DNA of 64,000 nt from positions 313,023-377,022 of the forward strand of contig CAVTML010000001.1 of NCBI GenBank assembly GCA_963735865.1, given 5' to 3'. Positions 1 through 9,072 of the stretch are shown here, piece by piece. The stretch's first letter is position 1; each line of letters opens with the position of its first letter. The translations under genes were made by a program, and so were the position numbers. The notes below the pieces were generated by a model, which saw only the letters and a list, made by a program, of their open reading frames with translations, was not told the DNA's origin and did no database searches. Source of the stretch: an uncultured Chloroflexia bacterium. Lineage in GTDB: Bacteria > Chloroflexota > Limnocylindria > Limnocylindrales > CSP1-4.

Positions 1-873
1 GTCATCCAGCAGGTGGGCCTCTTCCCCCACCAGACCATCGCCGAGAACGTGGCCGTCGTGCCGCGCCTGTTGGGCTGGTCGGCGGCTCGCCAGCGGGAGC
101 GCGCGGACGAGCTGCTCGGGCTGGTCGGCCTTGATCCCGCCCGCTATGGCGGACGCTTCCCCAGCCAGCTGTCCGGCGGCGAGCGCCAGCGCGTCGGGGT
201 GGCCCGCGCCCTGGCCGCCGACCCGCCGGTGATGCTGATGGACGAGCCGTTCGGCGCGGTCGATCCCATCGTCCGGGAACGGCTCCAGAACGAGTTCCTG
301 CGCCTCCAGCAGGACCTGGCCAAGACGATCCTGTTCGTGACCCACGACATCGATGAGGCCATCAAGATGGGCGACCTGGTGGCGGTCATGCAGGCCGGCG
401 GCCTGCTGGCCCAGTTCGCACCGCCGGAGGAGCTCCTGGCCCAGCCGGGGTCGGATTTCGTGGCCCGCTTCGTGGGCGCCGACCGAGGCCTCAAGCGCCT
501 GTCGCTGATGCGTGTGCGCGACCTGCCACCGCATGCGGCGGTCACGGCGCGGCCGGGCGACGACGCGGCAGACGCCCGGCGGCGCATCCTGGCCGATCCG
601 TTCCCTTACCTCCTGCTGGTCGACCCGCAGGACTCCCCCATCGGCTGGCTGGACCAGCGCGCCATCCCCGTGAGCGGCACCGTCACGGCCGACGACGCCC
701 GCTCGATGTCGCCCCTGTTCGGACCGGAGACGACGCTCAAGGACGCCCTGTCGATGCTTCTCGACAACGAGGTCCAGGCCGGCATCCAGGTCGACCGCAC
801 GGGCCGGGCCATCGGCCTGGTCACGGCCCAGGACATCGCGAGAGCGGCCCGGCCGGATGGCGGCGCCACCTGA
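1..873 (+). CDS. Osmoprotectant (glycine betaine/choline) ABC transporter ATP-binding subunit, OpuBA/OsmV-like, with C-terminal CBS-like region; 5'-truncated by window
   Basis: LSGGERQRVGVARALA signature, LMDEPFGAVDP Walker B, FVTHD H-loop; followed by two permeases and a binding protein. Confidence 0.93.
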   Translation, partial: VIQQVGLFPHQTIAENVAVVPRLLGWSAARQRERADELLGLVGLDPARYGGRFPSQLSGGERQRVGVARALAADPPVMLMDEPFGAVDPIVRERLQNEFLRLQQDLAKTILFVTHDIDEAIKMGDLVAVMQAGGLLAQFAPPEELLAQPGSDFVARFVGADRGLKRLSLMRVRDLPPHAAVTARPGDDAADARRRILADPFPYLLLVDPQDSPIGWLDQRAIPVSGTVTADDARSMSPLFGPETTLKDALSMLLDNEVQAGIQVDRTGRAIGLVTAQDIARAARPDGGAT

Positions 874-1556
874 TGCTGGACTGGGGCTGGCTGACTTCGC
901 ACATCGGCGCGTTCGCCGACCGTACCGTGCAGCACATCTACCTGGCCGCCATCGCCCTCCTCGTCGGCTTCGTCATCGCCTTCGCGCTGGCCCTCTGGGC
1001 CGTCCGGCGGCCGCGGGTGTACCCGCCCATCAACGGCCTGGCCGGGATCACGTACACCTTGCCCAGCCTCGTGCTGTTCGCGGCCCTCGTATCAATCACG
1101 GGGATCTCGCTCGTGACGGCGGAGATTCCGCTGGTGCTGTACACGCAGGTCATCTTCGTGCGCAATATCGTGGCTGGCTTCCGCGCCGTGCCGGTCGATG
1201 TCCTCGAGGCTGCCGCTGGCATGGGCTACCGGCCCGGCCAGCGACTCTGGCGGGTCGAACTGCCCCTGGCCGTGCCGCTCATCGTCGCGGGTCTGCGCAT
1301 CGCCAGCGTCTCGACCATCGGCCTCGTGACGATCACCGGCACCCTGGGTGATCGCTTCGGCGGCCTGGGCTTCTTCATCTTCGAGGGCTACACCCGCGCG
1401 TTCATCACGGAGATCGCCGCCGGTGCGGTGCTCTCGATCGTGCTCGCGCTGGTGGTGGATCGGCTGCTCGTCGTCGCACAGCGCCGGCTCACCCCATGGA
1501 CGCGGCCGCCGGCCGTCATGACGGCCGTCTCGGTCGTCGAGACCGGCGCGCCGTGA
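873..1556 (+). CDS. Osmoprotectant ABC transporter permease
   Basis: Hydrophobic; EAA motif (VLEAAAGMGY...VELPLAVP); start overlaps upstream stop. Confidence 0.92.
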   Translation: MLDWGWLTSHIGAFADRTVQHIYLAAIALLVGFVIAFALALWAVRRPRVYPPINGLAGITYTLPSLVLFAALVSITGISLVTAEIPLVLYTQVIFVRNIVAGFRAVPVDVLEAAAGMGYRPGQRLWRVELPLAVPLIVAGLRIASVSTIGLVTITGTLGDRFGGLGFFIFEGYTRAFITEIAAGAVLSIVLALVVDRLLVVAQRRLTPWTRPPAVMTAVSVVETGAP

Positions 1557-2263
1557 ACATCATCGCCGCGACGGCCCGGTGGTTCAGCGATCCGGCGGAT
1601 TGGACCGGGGGAAGCGGCATCCCCACGCGACTTCTGGAGCACGTGGCCGTTTCGGCCGTCACGCTCGGGCTCGCCGTCCTGATCGCCCTTCCGGTCGGGC
1701 TGTGGATCGGGCACACGGAGCGTGGCAACCGGTTCGCCATCGGGCTGGCCAATCTGGGACGAGCTGTCCCGACCCTGGCCGTGATGGGTATCGTGGCCCC
1801 CTTCACGACCGTCATCGACCCGGGACTCGGTTTCATCGTCTACCCGGTCGTGATCGCGATGGTGCTGCTGGGCATCCCGCCGATCCTCGTCAATGCCTAC
1901 GCGGGCATCCGCGAAGTCGATCGGGAGCTCGTCGAAGCCGCCCGAGGGATGGGCTTCCGGGAGGCGCAGATCCTGCTCCGCGTCGAGTTGCCGGTGGCGC
2001 TGCCGGTGGTGCTGGGAGGCATCCGCTCGGCCGCGGTCCAGATCCTCGCCACGGCGACCCTGGGCGCCCTCTTCGGCTTCGGCGGGCTGGGCCGGTTCCT
2101 CGTCGATGGGATCGCGCAGCATGACACGGGCCAGACATGGGGCGGCGTCGTGCTCGTGGCGCTCCTCGTGCTGACCAGCGAGGGTCTCTTCGCGCTGCTC
2201 CAGCGACGGCTGATCTCGCGCGGCCTGCGCCTCCAGGTGGCGGCAGCGGCGGCCGCGCAGTGA
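1553..2263 (+). CDS. Osmoprotectant ABC transporter permease
   Basis: EAARGMGF...VELPVALP EAA motif; GTG start at 1553 overlaps previous stop (GTGA). Confidence 0.9.
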   Translation: MNIIAATARWFSDPADWTGGSGIPTRLLEHVAVSAVTLGLAVLIALPVGLWIGHTERGNRFAIGLANLGRAVPTLAVMGIVAPFTTVIDPGLGFIVYPVVIAMVLLGIPPILVNAYAGIREVDRELVEAARGMGFREAQILLRVELPVALPVVLGGIRSAAVQILATATLGALFGFGGLGRFLVDGIAQHDTGQTWGGVVLVALLVLTSEGLFALLQRRLISRGLRLQVAAAAAAQ

Positions 2264-2295
2264 CGCGGGCGGCCCGGACCGTTGTGGGCGGGGCC

Positions 2296-2445
2296 GGTTG
2301 TTGGATATTCCGGGGGAGACTCTTAAGTGCCCGTGTAGACCTCGCCGTTGTCGGCCCGAGCACGGCCATGTGCAGCCGGTGAATAAGCGACAACCGTTGG
2401 GCGCATCTGGGCGCTTAGCAGTCCGGTGGTGCATAGACAACAACG
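2296..2445. repeat. 150-bp modular palindromic intergenic element, copy 1
   Basis: GGTTGTTGGATA-n10-GACTCTTAAGTGCCC-n13-CGTTGTC-n7-GCACGGCC-n20-CGACAAC-n14-GGGCGCTTAGCAGTC-n10-TAGACAACAACG; same boxes and spacing at 4508-4656 and 18177-18326. Confidence 0.88.
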
Positions 2446-2653
2446 GCAGGGGCCCGACGGCGGTTCGTCGCGGCCGGGCCATGACCCGCTAGATCCGATC
2501 GCGGCCGGCCTGCGTACAGAGCGACGCGGGCCTCATATGCCGTGTCCGCACGCCCTTGCCCGCGTCAGGACGCGTTCGCGGGGGACGGCTATAGTCGGCC
2601 GACCTTTTCAGCCGATCAGCCCGAACGGCAAGGGAGTAGAAGGAGACGACCCA

Positions 2654-3643
2654 ATGCGGCTATCCCGCACGCTCGCCCTCGGGGCGTCGATGCTGGTGCT
2701 TCTCGGCGCCTGCTCGACGGGTGGGGGCAGCAGTACACCAACGGTCGCGGCCCCCACGGGGACGCCGGCCGCCGCGTCGAGTACCCCAGCCTCGACGCCC
2801 ACCGCCGCCCCGCCGACCATCAAGATCGGCTCGGCGGGTTTCTACGAAGCCAAGATCATGGCGGAGATCTACGCCCAGGCCCTGGAAGCCCACGGATACA
2901 CGGTCGACCGGGCCGGCATCGGCCTCGGGGCCCGTGCCGTGACCAACCCCGCCCTGGAGTCGGCGCAGATCGATCTGGAGCCCGAGTACATCGGCAGCGA
3001 CCTGGCCTCCTACGAGCCCGGCAAGCAGACCGGTGACCCCACGGCCAACCTGACCGAGCTGCAGACCGTGCTGACCACCAAGGGCGGCGGCATCACCGTG
3101 CTGCCGTTCTCGCCGGCAGTGGACACGAACGCCTTCGTCGTCCGCTCGGACACGGCCACGAGCCTCAACCTCACGAAGATGAGCGACACGACGGCCGTGC
3201 AGGACCAGCTCAAGTGGGGCCTCGCCACCGACTGCAAGACGAACCCCGTCTGCGCTGCCGCCCTCAAGACCGCCTACGGCCTTGACCCCAAGAGCGTGAC
3301 CTACCTGTCCGCGTGCGACACGCCGATGGCCCAGGCCCTGCTGGCCAAGACCATCGACGTCGGCGAGCTCTGCTCGACGCAGCCCGACATCGCCCAGAAC
3401 GGGTGGGTCGTGCTCCAGGACGACAAGGCCACCCAGCCGGCAGACAACATCTCGCCGCTGGTCCGCAACGATTACCTGGCCAAGCTCGGCGACAAGGCCG
3501 GCTTCGAGGCGATCCTCAACGCCGTCTCGGCCAAGATGGACACCGCGACGCTGACCAAGTTGAACGCCGATTTCACCGTGCAGAAGCAGGACATCGCCAC
3601 GATCGCCAAGGCGTGGCTCTCCCAGGCGGGCCTCGTCCCCTGA
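2654..3643 (+). CDS. Glycine betaine/osmoprotectant ABC substrate-binding lipoprotein
   Basis: AGGAG RBS at 2641; lipobox LLGAC; T/P/A linker; IKIGSAGFYEAKIMAEIYAQALE and EPEYIG typical of OpuAC/OsmF family. Confidence 0.9.
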   Translation: MRLSRTLALGASMLVLLGACSTGGGSSTPTVAAPTGTPAAASSTPASTPTAAPPTIKIGSAGFYEAKIMAEIYAQALEAHGYTVDRAGIGLGARAVTNPALESAQIDLEPEYIGSDLASYEPGKQTGDPTANLTELQTVLTTKGGGITVLPFSPAVDTNAFVVRSDTATSLNLTKMSDTTAVQDQLKWGLATDCKTNPVCAAALKTAYGLDPKSVTYLSACDTPMAQALLAKTIDVGELCSTQPDIAQNGWVVLQDDKATQPADNISPLVRNDYLAKLGDKAGFEAILNAVSAKMDTATLTKLNADFTVQKQDIATIAKAWLSQAGLVP

Positions 3644-3665
3644 CGGCGCCCACCACGTGACTCCG

Positions 3666-3700
3666 GAGGCGGTCGTCCCCGTGGGGCGGCCGCCTCTTCG
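3666..3700 (+). terminator. Probable intrinsic terminator
   Basis: GAGGCGGTCGTCCC-cgt-GGGGCGGCCGCCTC hairpin followed by TTCGATT, just after the binding-protein stop. Confidence 0.6.
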
Positions 3701-3735
3701 ATTCCGCCGGCCCCGCCTATCCAGCGAGGAACGTC

Positions 3736-4455
3736 ATGCAGCGAAGCCCCCTCACCGAGTACCTGGAGCTGGCCGACTGGCGCCGGCAGGTCGCCGCCGC
3801 CTGGGACGCCTGGCGCCGCGAGGGCGCGAGCGACCCCGCGGCCGCCACCGCCGCCTACCGCGCTGCCAAGGACGTGCTCTTTGGAACGCACCCCCAGTCG
3901 CCCCTGCTGCCGGAGCGGCGGGCTGGCTTCGACGGCCTGCCCTACTGGCCCTACGACCCCGTCTGGCGAATGACGGTCCGCCTGGAGCCATTCGAGACCC
4001 CGACGGTCGGGCCCCACGACGAGGCGCCGGGGGCGCCGGGGCAGGCGGCCGCGAGCGCGAGCCCGCTGGGTGGCCTTGCACCCCTGGGCGGTCTCGCCCT
4101 GCCCAACTCGGGGTCGGCCAACCCCACCTTCCGGCGCATCGGCCGGGTGAGCCTGTCGGGGCCGCTGGCGGGGCGGCAGCTGGCCGTCTTCTGGCTGGAG
4201 GGCTACGGCGGCGGCTTGTTCGTGCCCTTCCGCGATGCCACGTCGGGCAGCGAGACCTACGGCGCGGGGCGCTACCTCCTGGACACCATCAAGGGCGCCG
4301 ATCACGGCGGCGACGCGGCCATGGGCGAGCTGGTGCTGGACTTCAACATGGCCTACCAGCCCTCGTGCGCCTACGACCCGCGCTGGAGCTGCCCCCTCGC
4401 GCCGCCGGAGAACCGCCTCGCGGCGCCCGTCCGCGTGGGTGAGCGCCTGGCCTGA
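3736..4455 (+). CDS. DUF1684 family protein
   Basis: FVPFRDATSGSETYGAGRYL and LDFNMAYQPSCAYDPRWSCPLAPPEN motifs; GAGGA RBS. Confidence 0.88.
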   Translation: MQRSPLTEYLELADWRRQVAAAWDAWRREGASDPAAATAAYRAAKDVLFGTHPQSPLLPERRAGFDGLPYWPYDPVWRMTVRLEPFETPTVGPHDEAPGAPGQAAASASPLGGLAPLGGLALPNSGSANPTFRRIGRVSLSGPLAGRQLAVFWLEGYGGGLFVPFRDATSGSETYGAGRYLLDTIKGADHGGDAAMGELVLDFNMAYQPSCAYDPRWSCPLAPPENRLAAPVRVGERLA

Positions 4456-4507
4456 CGCTACACCGCGGTCGTCGCCCGGACTCGTCCCAGCCCATCCCGA
4501 CCCGGTC

Positions 4508-4656
4508 CGTTGTCGTTTACGCAGCGGTGGACTCGTAAACGCCCCGATCCGCGCGGTGGTTGTCGAACAGTCTGCAGCCGTGTACGGCCGTGCCCAGGCG
4601 GACAACGGGGACCTCCACGGGGGCGCTTACGAGTCCCGGTGGGCTATCCAATAACG
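4508..4656. repeat. 150-bp modular palindromic intergenic element, copy 2 (inverted relative to copy 1)
   Basis: CGTTGTCGTTTA-n10-GACTCGTAAACGCCC-n14-GTTGTCG-n20-GGCCGTGC-n7-GACAACG-n13-GGGCGCTTACGAGTC-n9-TATCCAATAACG. Confidence 0.88.
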
Positions 4657-4836
4657 TCTTGCGGGCCCGTCCCGGTGCCGGTCGGCGAGCGCTTGACCTG
4701 ACGTCTGCCGAACGAACGTACCGCCACCGGGCGTACTGCTGACACGACGCGCCGCGGCCCGACCGTGGGCCATGATGGCTGCCCGACGGCGCACGATCCG
4801 GGACCGGGGCCGTGTGGGGCCGTCGAGGGGGACTCC

Positions 4837-5979
4837 GTGCGCTTCATCAACCGGACGAGTCGAAACGAAGAGCGGCTCCTGTGGTCACGCGACGAGCGCT
4901 TCGTCGCGCGCGTCGCCGCGGGCGCCCCCGGCGCGACCCACCTGGTGCTGGCCGCGGGCGCCGTCATCATCGGCTCGGGCGAGGCGATGACCGATGCCGT
5001 CGTGGCCGCCATGGCCGGCCCGACCGACTACGGCCTGATCGCCCTCGACATGCAGCTGCCGCCGGTGGAGCGCTACCTGACCGGCCTAGCCGACGCGGTG
5101 CAGCAATCCGGCATCGCCGACCGGGTCGGGATGCTCACTTCGCCCGTGACCGCCTATCACAAGGTCATGGACGCGTTCCTCGCCCTGGGCCGGCGCGACG
5201 CGATCGGCATCGTGTACCAGCCCCTCGTCTCGCTCGAGACGATGGTCGCCATCGGCTACGAGACGCTGTGTCGCCCTTCGGCGGCGGCGGGCTCGATCGA
5301 CGAGGTCGTGCGCGCGGCGGTGGAGACCGGCCGCACGGCCGAGCTCGACCGGCTCATCTTCGAACGGGTCCTCAGCCGCACCGCCCGCCTGCCCGAGATC
5401 CCGAGCCACATCACGATCAACCTCCTGCCCGCCAGCCTGGCCGATCCGTGGTTCGAGCCGGCGGCCCTGGCCGCGCGCTGCCGCGCCACGGGCATCCACC
5501 CGCGCCACATCACGCTCGAGTGCACCGAGCAGCAGGCGGCCCCCGACCTGACCGCCCTCGTGCGGCGCGTCCGGCAGCTGCGCACCCGTGGGTTCGGGTT
5601 CGCGGTCGACGACGCCGGGGCGGGCTACGCCTCGTTCAGCCTGATCGCCGCCCTCAAGCCGTCGCTCATCAAGATCGACCGCGACATCGTCCGCGGCATC
5701 GCCCGCCAGACCTCCAAGCAGGCCCTCGTGGAGGCGTTCGTGGGCTTCGCGCGCCGCATCGGGGCGGACCTCGCCGGCGAGGGCATCGAACGGGTCGCCG
5801 ACCTGGAGATGCTGCGCAGCCTCGGCGTCACGTACGGGCAGGGCTGGATGCTGGGCCGGCCGGCCAGCGCACCGCAGCCGGCCAGGCACGTGCCCGGCCA
5901 CCCGACCCCGGCCGCCGCGGCCCGCGCCGCCAGCCGGAGCCGCACCACCGCCCGACGCACCTCCGTCGGCGCCGGCTAG
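4837..5979 (+). CDS. EAL-domain c-di-GMP phosphodiesterase with unassigned N-terminal region
   Basis: GYETLCR (EAL variant), INL, LECTE, AVDDAGAGYASF, IKIDR, EGIE, GQGW motifs; GTG start after GAGGGG chosen over 4765. Confidence 0.85.
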   Translation: MRFINRTSRNEERLLWSRDERFVARVAAGAPGATHLVLAAGAVIIGSGEAMTDAVVAAMAGPTDYGLIALDMQLPPVERYLTGLADAVQQSGIADRVGMLTSPVTAYHKVMDAFLALGRRDAIGIVYQPLVSLETMVAIGYETLCRPSAAAGSIDEVVRAAVETGRTAELDRLIFERVLSRTARLPEIPSHITINLLPASLADPWFEPAALAARCRATGIHPRHITLECTEQQAAPDLTALVRRVRQLRTRGFGFAVDDAGAGYASFSLIAALKPSLIKIDRDIVRGIARQTSKQALVEAFVGFARRIGADLAGEGIERVADLEMLRSLGVTYGQGWMLGRPASAPQPARHVPGHPTPAAAARAASRSRTTARRTSVGAG

Positions 5980-6022
5980 CCCCGCCAGGTCGGGCACCCG
6001 GGCGATCGCACCAGGCCGACCG

Positions 6023-6529
6023 TCAGGAGGGCGGCAGGCGGTCAGCGGGTAACGTCAGGAGCATGACCTGCAGCGTGTCCGTGCCACCGACGCGCACGAA
6101 ACCCGCCTGTTCGTAGATGTGGGCGGCGACCGGGTTCAGGAGGTGGACGGAAAGGCTGAGGGCTCGCACCCCGTGGGCCGACGCCTCATCGATGAGCGCC
6201 ATCAGGAGTCGCTGGCCCACGCCTTCTCCCCGATGCTCAGCCTGGACGGCGATCGTGATCTCCGGCACGTCCTCCGCGACGAAGCCGAACCCTGGTTCCG
6301 ACGCTGGGAGCAGGCGGCACCAAGCCGCGCCGATCGGACCGGACGCGTCCTCGGCGATGACGCCAAGGTCCCCGGCGCGACCCCAGGAGCGCAGATACCT
6401 CGCGCTATGGGGGTCGGCGAGCGCCTCATCTGCCGTCGGCTTGGGGTCGGTCCACGGGGGGTACGCAGCTTCAACAAGCATCAGGGCCATGAAGGCCACA
6501 TCCCGAGCCTCGGCCGGGCGGATGTTCAC
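6023..6529 (-). CDS. GNAT family N-acetyltransferase
   Basis: IAVQAEHRGEGVGQRLL acetyl-CoA motif A; NPVAAHIYEQAGF motif B. Confidence 0.88.
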   Translation of the reverse strand: MNIRPAEARDVAFMALMLVEAAYPPWTDPKPTADEALADPHSARYLRSWGRAGDLGVIAEDASGPIGAAWCRLLPASEPGFGFVAEDVPEITIAVQAEHRGEGVGQRLLMALIDEASAHGVRALSLSVHLLNPVAAHIYEQAGFVRVGGTDTLQVMLLTLPADRLPPS

Positions 6530-6665
6530 GGCTCCGGACTCCGATCGACCTTAGAGACCACGGAGGTGGTGCACGTCATCGCGCTTGAACGATACGCCGG
6601 GCAGCCCACGGCCTCGTGAGGGCGAGGCGGCACGTTGGTCGGGCCGCTCGCGCTACCATCGCCGG

Positions 6666-7088
6666 GTGCCCGATCCCATCGCCCTCTCGTCGGACGCGCG
6701 GCGGTTCCTGGAGCCCCCCGGCCGCTACGCCGTCATCGCCACGCTGGGCATCGACGGATCGGCCCACCAGGCGGTCATCTGGTACGCCCTCGACGAGCAG
6801 GGGCTGCTGGTCAATTCGCGTGTCGGCCGACGCTGGCCGACCGACATGCTGCGCGATCCGCGCGTCTCTCTGACCGTGGATGGGTCGGATGCGGCGAGCG
6901 GGCGCGAAGCGTTCGTCACGGTCCAGGCCCGGGCGGTCCCGGTGGCGACCGGCGAGCAGGCCATGGCCGACATCCAGATGCTGGCCCGTCGCTACGGCCA
7001 GCCGACCGACCAATGGGAGGGCCAGGAGCGCATCACCTTCCGCCTGGAGCCCCTCGCGGTCAAGGTCTACGGAGAGGCAGCCGGCTGA
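6666..7088 (+). CDS. PPOX-class (split-barrel) probable F420-dependent oxidoreductase
   Basis: AVIATLGIDGSAHQAVIWY...RDPRVSLTV pattern; TACCAT -10 six nt before GTG (leaderless); F420 gene context. Confidence 0.8.
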   Translation: MPDPIALSSDARRFLEPPGRYAVIATLGIDGSAHQAVIWYALDEQGLLVNSRVGRRWPTDMLRDPRVSLTVDGSDAASGREAFVTVQARAVPVATGEQAMADIQMLARRYGQPTDQWEGQERITFRLEPLAVKVYGEAAG

Positions 7089-8077
7089 TGGCCACGCCCC
7101 GCATCGGTTACGCGGCCATGCTGGAGCAGTTCGCCCCGCAGGAGCTGCTGGGCTTCTGCCAGGCCGCCGAGGCGGCCGGCTTCGACGGCATCATGGCCGC
7201 CGACCACGTCCAGCCGTGGGTGCCCCAGCAGGGCAACGCCGCGTTCGTCTGGTCGTTCATGACCGCCGCCGCGGAACGCACCAAGGGGGACGTGGGGCCG
7301 GGGGTGACGTGCCCCAGCTTCCGCCAGCACCCGGCCATCGTCGCCCAGGCCGCGGCGACCATGGCGGCCATGTATCCCGACCGCTTCTGGCTTGGGTTGG
7401 GTTCGGGAGAGGCGCTCAACGAGCACGTCGTGGGTGGCTACTGGCCGGAGACGCCCGAGCGGATCGCCCGCATGTTCGAGGCCATCGAGATCATGCGCAA
7501 GCTCTTCAGCGGCAAGGACGTCAAGCACAAGGGCGAGTTCTACCGCATGGAGACGATGCGGCTGTGGACCATGCCGGCCACGCCGCCGCCGATCTACGTG
7601 GCCACCGCCGGCCCCATCACGGCCAAGAAGACGGGCGCCCTGTGCGACGGCCTGATCACGGTCGGGGCACCGGAAGAGAAGATCGAGATGATCTTCGAGA
7701 AGTGCCGCGAGGGCTGCCGTGAGGCGGGCAACGATCCGACCAGGTTCCAGTTCATCCTGCAGCTCCACCTCTCGTGGGCCGAGACCGATGAGCTGGCCCT
7801 GCAGAACGCCATGGTCGAGTGGCCCAACGGCGGCATGAAGTTCCCCAAGCAGGACATCCGCTCGCCCCACGACTTCGCCCAGATGGCCAAGATCGTGCGA
7901 CCGGAGGACTTCGAGGGCCGCATGCTCATCAGCAGCGACCTGGAGGCCCACCGGCGGGAGATCCAGCGCTTCCTGGACATGGGCTTCCACAAGATCTACC
8001 TGCACAACGTGGGCCGCAACCAGGCCGAGTGGGCGGCGGCCTTCGGGCGGGAGGTCCTGCCCGCCCTGCACGCCTGA
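7088..8077 (+). CDS. F420-dependent LLM oxidoreductase, G6PDH/Fgd-like family
   Basis: EQFAPQELL, DHVQPW, GVTCPSFRQHPAIVAQAAAT, LGLGSGEALNE motifs. Confidence 0.88.
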   Translation: MATPRIGYAAMLEQFAPQELLGFCQAAEAAGFDGIMAADHVQPWVPQQGNAAFVWSFMTAAAERTKGDVGPGVTCPSFRQHPAIVAQAAATMAAMYPDRFWLGLGSGEALNEHVVGGYWPETPERIARMFEAIEIMRKLFSGKDVKHKGEFYRMETMRLWTMPATPPPIYVATAGPITAKKTGALCDGLITVGAPEEKIEMIFEKCREGCREAGNDPTRFQFILQLHLSWAETDELALQNAMVEWPNGGMKFPKQDIRSPHDFAQMAKIVRPEDFEGRMLISSDLEAHRREIQRFLDMGFHKIYLHNVGRNQAEWAAAFGREVLPALHA

Positions 8078-8107
8078 CCGGCGCCGCGCCATCCAGGGGG
8101 CCTGAGC

Positions 8108-9049
8108 GTGCCCATCGTGGCCCTGGCCGGCGGCGTCGGCGGTGCCAAGCTGGCCCATGGGCTCCAGCAGGTGCTCCCGCCCGGTGACCTGACGGTCATC
8201 GTCAACACGGGCGACGACCTGGAGCTGCACGGGCTGGCGGTGATGCCCGACCACGACACGGTCGTCTACACGCTGGCCGGCCTGGCCGATCCGCTCCAGG
8301 GTTGGGGGCTCGCCGGCGAGACATACACGGCCGCCGCGATGCTGGAGCGGTACGGCCAGCCGACGTGGTTCCGGCTCGGCGACCGCGACCTGGCGACGCA
8401 CGTCGTGCGTACGGCGCGACTGCGGGCCGGCGAGCGGCTGACGGCGGTCTGCCTGGGCCTCCAGACCGCGCTCGGCCTGCCCGGACCCGTCCTGCCCATG
8501 AGCGACGACCCCGTCCGGACGCGCGTCAGGACCGACGACGGCTGGCTCGACTTCCAGGACTACTTCGTGCGCCTCCGCCAGGCCCCGGAAGTGCGCGAGG
8601 TGCGCTTCGACGGAGCCGCGACCGCGAGCGCCTCCCCGGAAGTGATCGCCGCGCTCGGGGCGGCGGAGGCGATCGTCATCGCCCCGTCCAACCCCATCGT
8701 CTCGATCGAGCCGATCCTCGCCGTGCCGGGCATGCGGGCCGCCCTCGACCACGCCCACCGGCGGGGCGTGCCGGTGGTGGCCATCTCGCCCATCGTGGGT
8801 GGGCGTGCCCTCAAGGGGCCGGCCGATCGGATGCTGCGCTCCCTGGGGGCGGAAGCCAGCGCGCTCGGGGTCGCCAGGCGATACGTCGGGCTGGCGGACG
8901 CCTTCGTCATCGACGAGGCCGACCGGGAGCTTGGCCCGTCGATCGCCGCACTGGGCCTGCGGGTCCTCGTGACCGACACGATCATGGTCGATGATGCGGC
9001 CCGCGCCCGGCTCGCCAGGGGCACGCTGGACCTGGCGCTGAGCCCTTGA
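8108..9049 (+). CDS. cofD: 2-phospho-L-lactate/phosphoenolpyruvate transferase
   Basis: LAGGVGGAK, VNTGDD, WFRLGDRDLATH, APSNPIVSI, KGPADRM motifs. Confidence 0.95.
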   Translation: MPIVALAGGVGGAKLAHGLQQVLPPGDLTVIVNTGDDLELHGLAVMPDHDTVVYTLAGLADPLQGWGLAGETYTAAAMLERYGQPTWFRLGDRDLATHVVRTARLRAGERLTAVCLGLQTALGLPGPVLPMSDDPVRTRVRTDDGWLDFQDYFVRLRQAPEVREVRFDGAATASASPEVIAALGAAEAIVIAPSNPIVSIEPILAVPGMRAALDHAHRRGVPVVAISPIVGGRALKGPADRMLRSLGAEASALGVARRYVGLADAFVIDEADRELGPSIAALGLRVLVTDTIMVDDAARARLARGTLDLALSP

Positions 9050-9072
9050 CGACGCACGCTTACCATGGCGGC

